The notes under the pieces were generated by a model, which did no database searches, was not told where the DNA came from, and saw nothing but the letters and a program-made list of their open reading frames with translations. 64,000 nucleotides of DNA from assembly GCA_965644265.1 (NCBI GenBank), contig OZ286470.1:37758001-37822000 (forward strand), in the 5' to 3' direction. This DNA is from Glycera tridactyla. Its lineage: Eukaryota. A program made the position numbers and the translations under genes. Positions 58,691-64,000 of the stretch are shown piece after piece. Each line of letters begins with the position of its first letter. Position 1 is the stretch's first letter.

Positions 58691-60308
58691 GGTGAGATTT
58701 TATCGGATTCACAGACACTCAAAGATTTCTGGTTATGTAAATGGTCCAAAATCATACTGGTGTTGAGTAGCATTAATGTAGAATGGAATCTGTGCTGATT
58801 TATGATGAATCATTCGATATTGATTTGCATGGTGTCCATGTCATTTCCAGTGCCTGGGTTCTTGAGGGAGCATCATATGCTTCATCTTGTCTTTACGGAT
58901 TATTCATCATCAATGATGACAGTAGTTAATGTCTCAGTTGTAATTTCATCATGAGTGTGACTGAGAATGTCGTCTTCATGACTATGTGGAACAATAGAGT
59001 GCTTCACATAATAACCCATGGCTGACAACCCCCGTGATTAATGGGATGTTTGCATGTTTAATCATGCTTGTACACCATCCGAGCTATACCGAGACTCCCT
59101 CGCATATGATCATTCAACTCCTCCTCCTGAGTACCCAACTAAAAGTGGAAATATAAAAAAGTCATACGACTCATAATGGAATGGTGAACCAAAGGTTGGT
59201 CTAAGCACAAATACTCACGATAAATATTGTTGCACATATTTTTTTAAATTTCAATCAACCTTGGTCAAGAGCCTGGGTGAAATCCAAATCAGAGCAAGTT
59301 TTGGTCTGTTTATCGCCATGATGCAGTGGTCGAAGGCACGATGCTGCCAGCTGACCTTGGACATCAATCATGACATTATGCGGCGATTCCATGTGTCAGC
59401 GACGACATCAAGGCATCATAGAATCAAACAACAATGAACTGATCAAGTCTTCATGCTGGATTCAACTATTTATCTTTTCGGGTCATTACCAACTTCAAAC
59501 AATGTTCTTTGAATAAACATTGGCATCGTTGCTACAGAAGAATGATCCATGAAAAACAGGTGGCACAAAAGATGTCAGGCCAGCCATAGTTTGATTGATG
59601 GCATCTGATATTGTTTGGGAAAGATGTCAGGCCAGCCATAGTTTGATTGATGGCATCTGATATTGTTTGGGAAGCATTTAAAGATACCGATTAGTGCGGA
59701 TACAAGCACATGATCATTTGAAAACACGACTCATAGTTCATAATGATATATTCATCGTCATTTATTACATATTGACAGAATACTACATTTTATAGCATAC
59801 AAAGCCTTCGAAAACTTGTATTCCTAATAAGAATGGATGTGATGAAGTACAACTCTTTCTCCACATGGAGTGGGTAGAAAACAAATACACTAGATGAATC
59901 AGAATCAGATTGGAGTTAGAAATCGTCATACAACAGACTTAAACTGAAGAGGCAGTGCCTTTCACATTGAACTAATATTGCCGTCATTTGAGCAAAAATT
60001 GCAACTGGTTCCTAAAGTTGAGGGCCATGCCTACCCAAGAAAGTTACACATATTATCAATTTTCAAATGCTCACTAAGACAGTAAAGTCTTTTCAAGTAC
60101 TATCCCAACTTGCTCTATGACCACCATGCATTTGAGATCGACAAATATCACATATCTTGGAGCAATGATTTGATATTCGGTTTCACATATGCAGTCTGTT
60201 CACTCGGTTAGCTGAAAAAAAGTCGTCATATTTCTTCCAGTGTAATAAACTACATCCCAACATTAGTAATACTCCATTTCATCTTGGTCAAACATTCAGA
60301 CAGACCAC

Positions 60309-60420
60309 TTTGGTTGTTGGTTGGTTGGTTCTGGTTTAACGTCACGTCAGCACCGTCTGGGCTATATTGTGACGCCCATGCAATGGGCATGGGTGGGATC
60401 TTCCAACACTCCTCCTGCGA
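60309..60420 (-). mobile_element. SINE-like repeat 3' end
   Basis: The reverse complement ends GACGTGACGTTAAACCAGAACCAACCAACC, a typical SINE tail. Confidence 0.55.
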
Positions 60421-60632
60421 AAGTGATCCAAGACAATGTCTATGAGAAGTGAGAGGATGTAGATTGTTGAATTTGGATGCATTTTGATTACAGATAATTC
60501 ATTTTCACAACATTGAACATGATGATTATGACAATAATGATAATAGCTATGGAGATGATAATGACATCATAAGAACAAATGATCATATCACCGATGATAA
60601 TGATGATTATCATAAAAAATGTGATGTTGACA

Positions 60633-62980
60633 ATACTGATTTGGATGACAGTGATGATTGCTGCTACTGCCTGAAGATTATGATGAAAGGAGATAGAGGA
60701 GACTAAGGAAGAAGAGGAGGAGAAGGGACAGGAAGGAGCAGCGAGGGTAGGAGGTGGGGAGGGGAGAGGATAGGTTGGTTGGTTGATATCTCATGATCAC
60801 CTTCATGGTCATGTTGGGACGCCCATGCAATGGACGTATGTGGGGTCATTCAAGATCCCTCCTACAGAGCAGAGCATTCATGAAATTTGCAGACTCGGAT
60901 GACTAGAAGGAGGAGGACACAGGATGAGGTTCTCTTCACAGGCCAGAACCCTTCAATGTTGTAGTGTCATATTCAGGTGCAGGCATTCTTTAACTGTGCA
61001 CAATGATGTATAATCAGTCGAGGATTTCAGTTGGATGACCAGAACCACGTAGGACAGCAGCGTGCTTGCAATCTGCAGAAAGATAGGTATATACATTTGA
61101 AAACTAGATTTTGATACGGGATATCTTCACAGAAACAGTTGGGCAAGAAACTATATAGAAAAACTAGGGGAGGGTGAGGACATAGGCTGCCATTTGCAGG
61201 GAAAAAATTTAGCACTCCTGGTCATTTGAAATGATTCATCGTCAAAAACGAATGGGATATCTTGAAGTTCAGTCAACAACATCCTTATCTTCGCCAGTAG
61301 CATCATATTGTTCTCAACGAAGAATGTTGTCGATCACCAAGGACTCACCCATCACTGTTATATTCATCATTACTGAGCCTAAGCTTGTATAATATCATCA
61401 GTTATCACTTTGAGGACTGAGGATTAGAATGTTGACTGACCAAGACCACCAATAACTCCAGCACTGACGCAATTCTCTCTCTTTCTCTTTTTCTTTCTCT
61501 TGTTTTTTTCTCTCTCTCTCCCTCTCTCCCTCCGCTGTCATTGTACTGCCTCCAATGAAGAAATGTGATGGAAATGTCCATGGCTGACTTTAAAACCTAT
61601 TTTACACATCATGATCAATTGGTATTATGTATTATCCCCTCAACCATAGCAATCTGGATGTATGTGGCCAACTTACTGAAATAAGTGCAGGTTGGTCCAA
61701 GGGCATGAGGTCGAGGATGTAATAAATCACGTGTGACTCTCTCAGATGAGTTATGAATAGCGTTACCTATGTGCAGAGAACATCATATTCAAGTATGAGG
61801 ATGATTGTATGATGTATGTTCTTGCAGATTCCCCTAATGGATCCTTGACAGGCTTCAAAACTCTGCAAAATTCACAGATACTAATATAGGATTAACCAAC
61901 TTGATGACTGGTTCGTTATTTCACTTCCTGTCACCAGAATATGAGCTGAGGTCGAGACGCCCATGCAAGGGGCATGTATGGGATCCAATAAGAGATGGAC
62001 AAATATATGAAATTCGCAGCAATGTGGCAGATAAGTGTTGTAATCGAATGGGATAGTGATATAGTGCATGGAGTGGATTTCAGGTTATACTACCTCTAGA
62101 TCGAGTGAACTTCCTTCATCGGGTGAAAATCTCCATAATTTCATACTACACAGCAACTCCAAAGGATTTCCAGCCTGGAACATCAAAATGATATTTTCAA
62201 GTTATGGTATATGTATGATAGTTCTCATGATCTTTGATTGATGGCGCATCTACTAATCTTGCAAGATGAAATCGATTATTGGCATGAGTTAATGTCAGAA
62301 ATTAGATCTCAACATGCCTGGAACTCAATCAGTGAATTACTTTCTGTGGCCAATTGGTTACATTGTTGATTGGTGGATGGCTTGGATGCTTCATCAATCA
62401 ATGATGTTAACCCGTTGAAGGGTTGGTTTTCCAAAGGGACATATACAGGCAATTGAGGATGTGGCAGCCGTTAGCTGATCGTTCAAGCTACACTCAAGGA
62501 GATATCAAATCGATATTCATTCAGGCTACATAGAATTGATGGTTTCAATATCATGCAACTGTTTTCACACAAATACTGGGTATAGTGATGTACTCATCTA
62601 ACTGAGACAATGGCAGTGTTCAAAGCTTGCGTGAGGCCATTCTCTCCAAAAGTCGACTGTACAGTGACAGCGGAAGTATGATGAGGGCATGACTTGTTTT
62701 AACCGTTCCCCAGTGATACCTAAGATCAAAATTGAGAGAGCTGGACACACATTTCATTGGACAGAATACTCCGCTGAGCTTCTCAAATGTATGTGTATGC
62801 TATATGTTTTTATTAGGTACATACTCACCTCTTTATTGATGGAGATTGATGCTTTGTATATACTCATGAAGAGGAATGTCTTGACGATGATCCAGAAGTT
62901 CAATACTATTGTCTGGTTGACATTAGTTATGTCTTGAGAGAAAACATAGATGACCAGGCATACAAGGATCATCAAGGATA
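60633..62980. repeat. Near-identical duplicate of 1-2352
   Basis: See the feature at 1-2352. Confidence 0.93.
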
Positions 62981-63809
62981 AAGCTGAGAGACCAATACTG
63001 GAGAAGCATGTCTTATTCACTCTTTTCACGATACTACAAAGATTGATATGCTTCTGCCTCAGCCGACCCAACTCTGCTGCAACTTGCTCACTTTCAGCAA
63101 AAACCTGACCAAGCTCAACTATTATTTGTCTGAATTCTCTTACAATTATCATAGACACTGCCATCAAGTATACATGCTCAAAAAGGCTGTTTATTATGAC
63201 AACACCATATATAATGGCATTCAAGACGATTAAGGTGGAGTACGCAGAATCACCCTCATGGAATGGAAATGCCAATAGTGATGCTGAATGTATGGTTGTA
63301 TGATGAGATATTAATGAGTCAATGACGATTCCAAGAAGAAAGATAATCAGCACCAATACAACGCCCATGGTGGAGAATCGTACCAGCCAGAAAATTGTTT
63401 TCCTATAATCAAGATATTGTAGATTGCTGATCTTTATAATACCGATGAGAATCGGTTCCAGTGTCTTCCACATGAATAAGCTATACAGGAATGACAATAT
63501 CGCTTGGAATAAAATCAAAGAAGGAACAAGATAGATGAGTAGTGCTTCCAGTGTCCATTCCCCCATGAACAATGCTATGAGTGTTTTTGTTGTCACAAAC
63601 AGGGCGAGAACAGTCAGGAATAAACTATATATCAGCTGCAGTATACTCCTAGGATGGTGACATTCAGGATATCTATATGTGTATCCACCAACCCACTGCA
63701 TGGCGATGAAGAGTGGTTTGAAATCTTTGAGTATGCAGATAGGACCATTGTCAGAGTCATCCTTCCTCTCGATTCCATGAACTTGTGTCAGTGATGCTGT
63801 CTTCGACAT
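60953..63809 (-). CDS. Gustatory receptor-like 7TM protein GRL-A3, ~423 aa; coding exons 62829-63809, 62094-62174, 61677-61766, 60953-61072
   Basis: Same structure as A1. E2-E4 are almost identical to A1 (DKP vs DQP); most of exon 1 has diverged. Confidence 0.88.
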
Positions 63810-64000
63810 CTCTGAAAAGCATAAGAACACTGAATCGGTACACATTATCATGTAGTTAGAAATTGGGCGAGGGTAATCGATAGAATTCATGTTTCAATCT
63901 CGGCTATATTCAAGACAGGTGGGTGAATGGTTGTGTGAAATGGTATGCATTTATACCTATACCACTACTTGGTCACCTCACACACGAACAATCAGTCTGG

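Noticed and set aside
59569-59672. 52-bp perfect tandem duplication
   Set aside because: An isolated two-copy slippage event with no further structure.
321-63809. One gene with alternative first exons sharing common 3' exons
   Set aside because: Each large exon has its own complete downstream E2-E4 set.

Overview
Eukaryotic invertebrate genomic DNA: spliceosomal introns, SINEs, microsatellites and one 194-N assembly gap. The host taxon cannot be determined from this window. Host content: a minus-strand tandem cluster of five gustatory-receptor-like (7tm_7/GRL) 7TM genes, each built as one large exon plus three small C-terminal exons joined by phase-0 introns. Four are intact (321-3181, 7083-12796, 52818-56047, 60953-63809) and one is a pseudogene (14338-18418). 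The small exons are missing from, or out of frame in, the ORF track and were read directly from the sequence. A pile of retroelements splits the cluster. (i) An old I/Nimb-like LINE relic is cut between its RT motifs by (ii) a decayed DIRS1-type tyrosine-recombinase (YR) retrotransposon at 19366-35620, with ITRs, a right extension, an ICR, GATC at every junction and a Dam-like MT domain. The DIRS1 is itself interrupted by (iii) an intact Ngaro-type YR retrotransposon at 26509-34922, with A1/B1-A2/B2 split direct repeats and SGNH, gag, RT/RH and YR ORFs. (iv) A roughly 10.9-kb CR1/L2-group LINE region has three intact ORFs (ORF1, stand-alone SGNH esterase, APE-RT), a 3-kb spacer holding covarying hairpins, and an internal poly(A). 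The first ~2.35 kb of the window is ~99% identical to 60633-62980, and identity drops sharply inside GRL exon 1. All alignments and counts were done by eye; no database searches were run.
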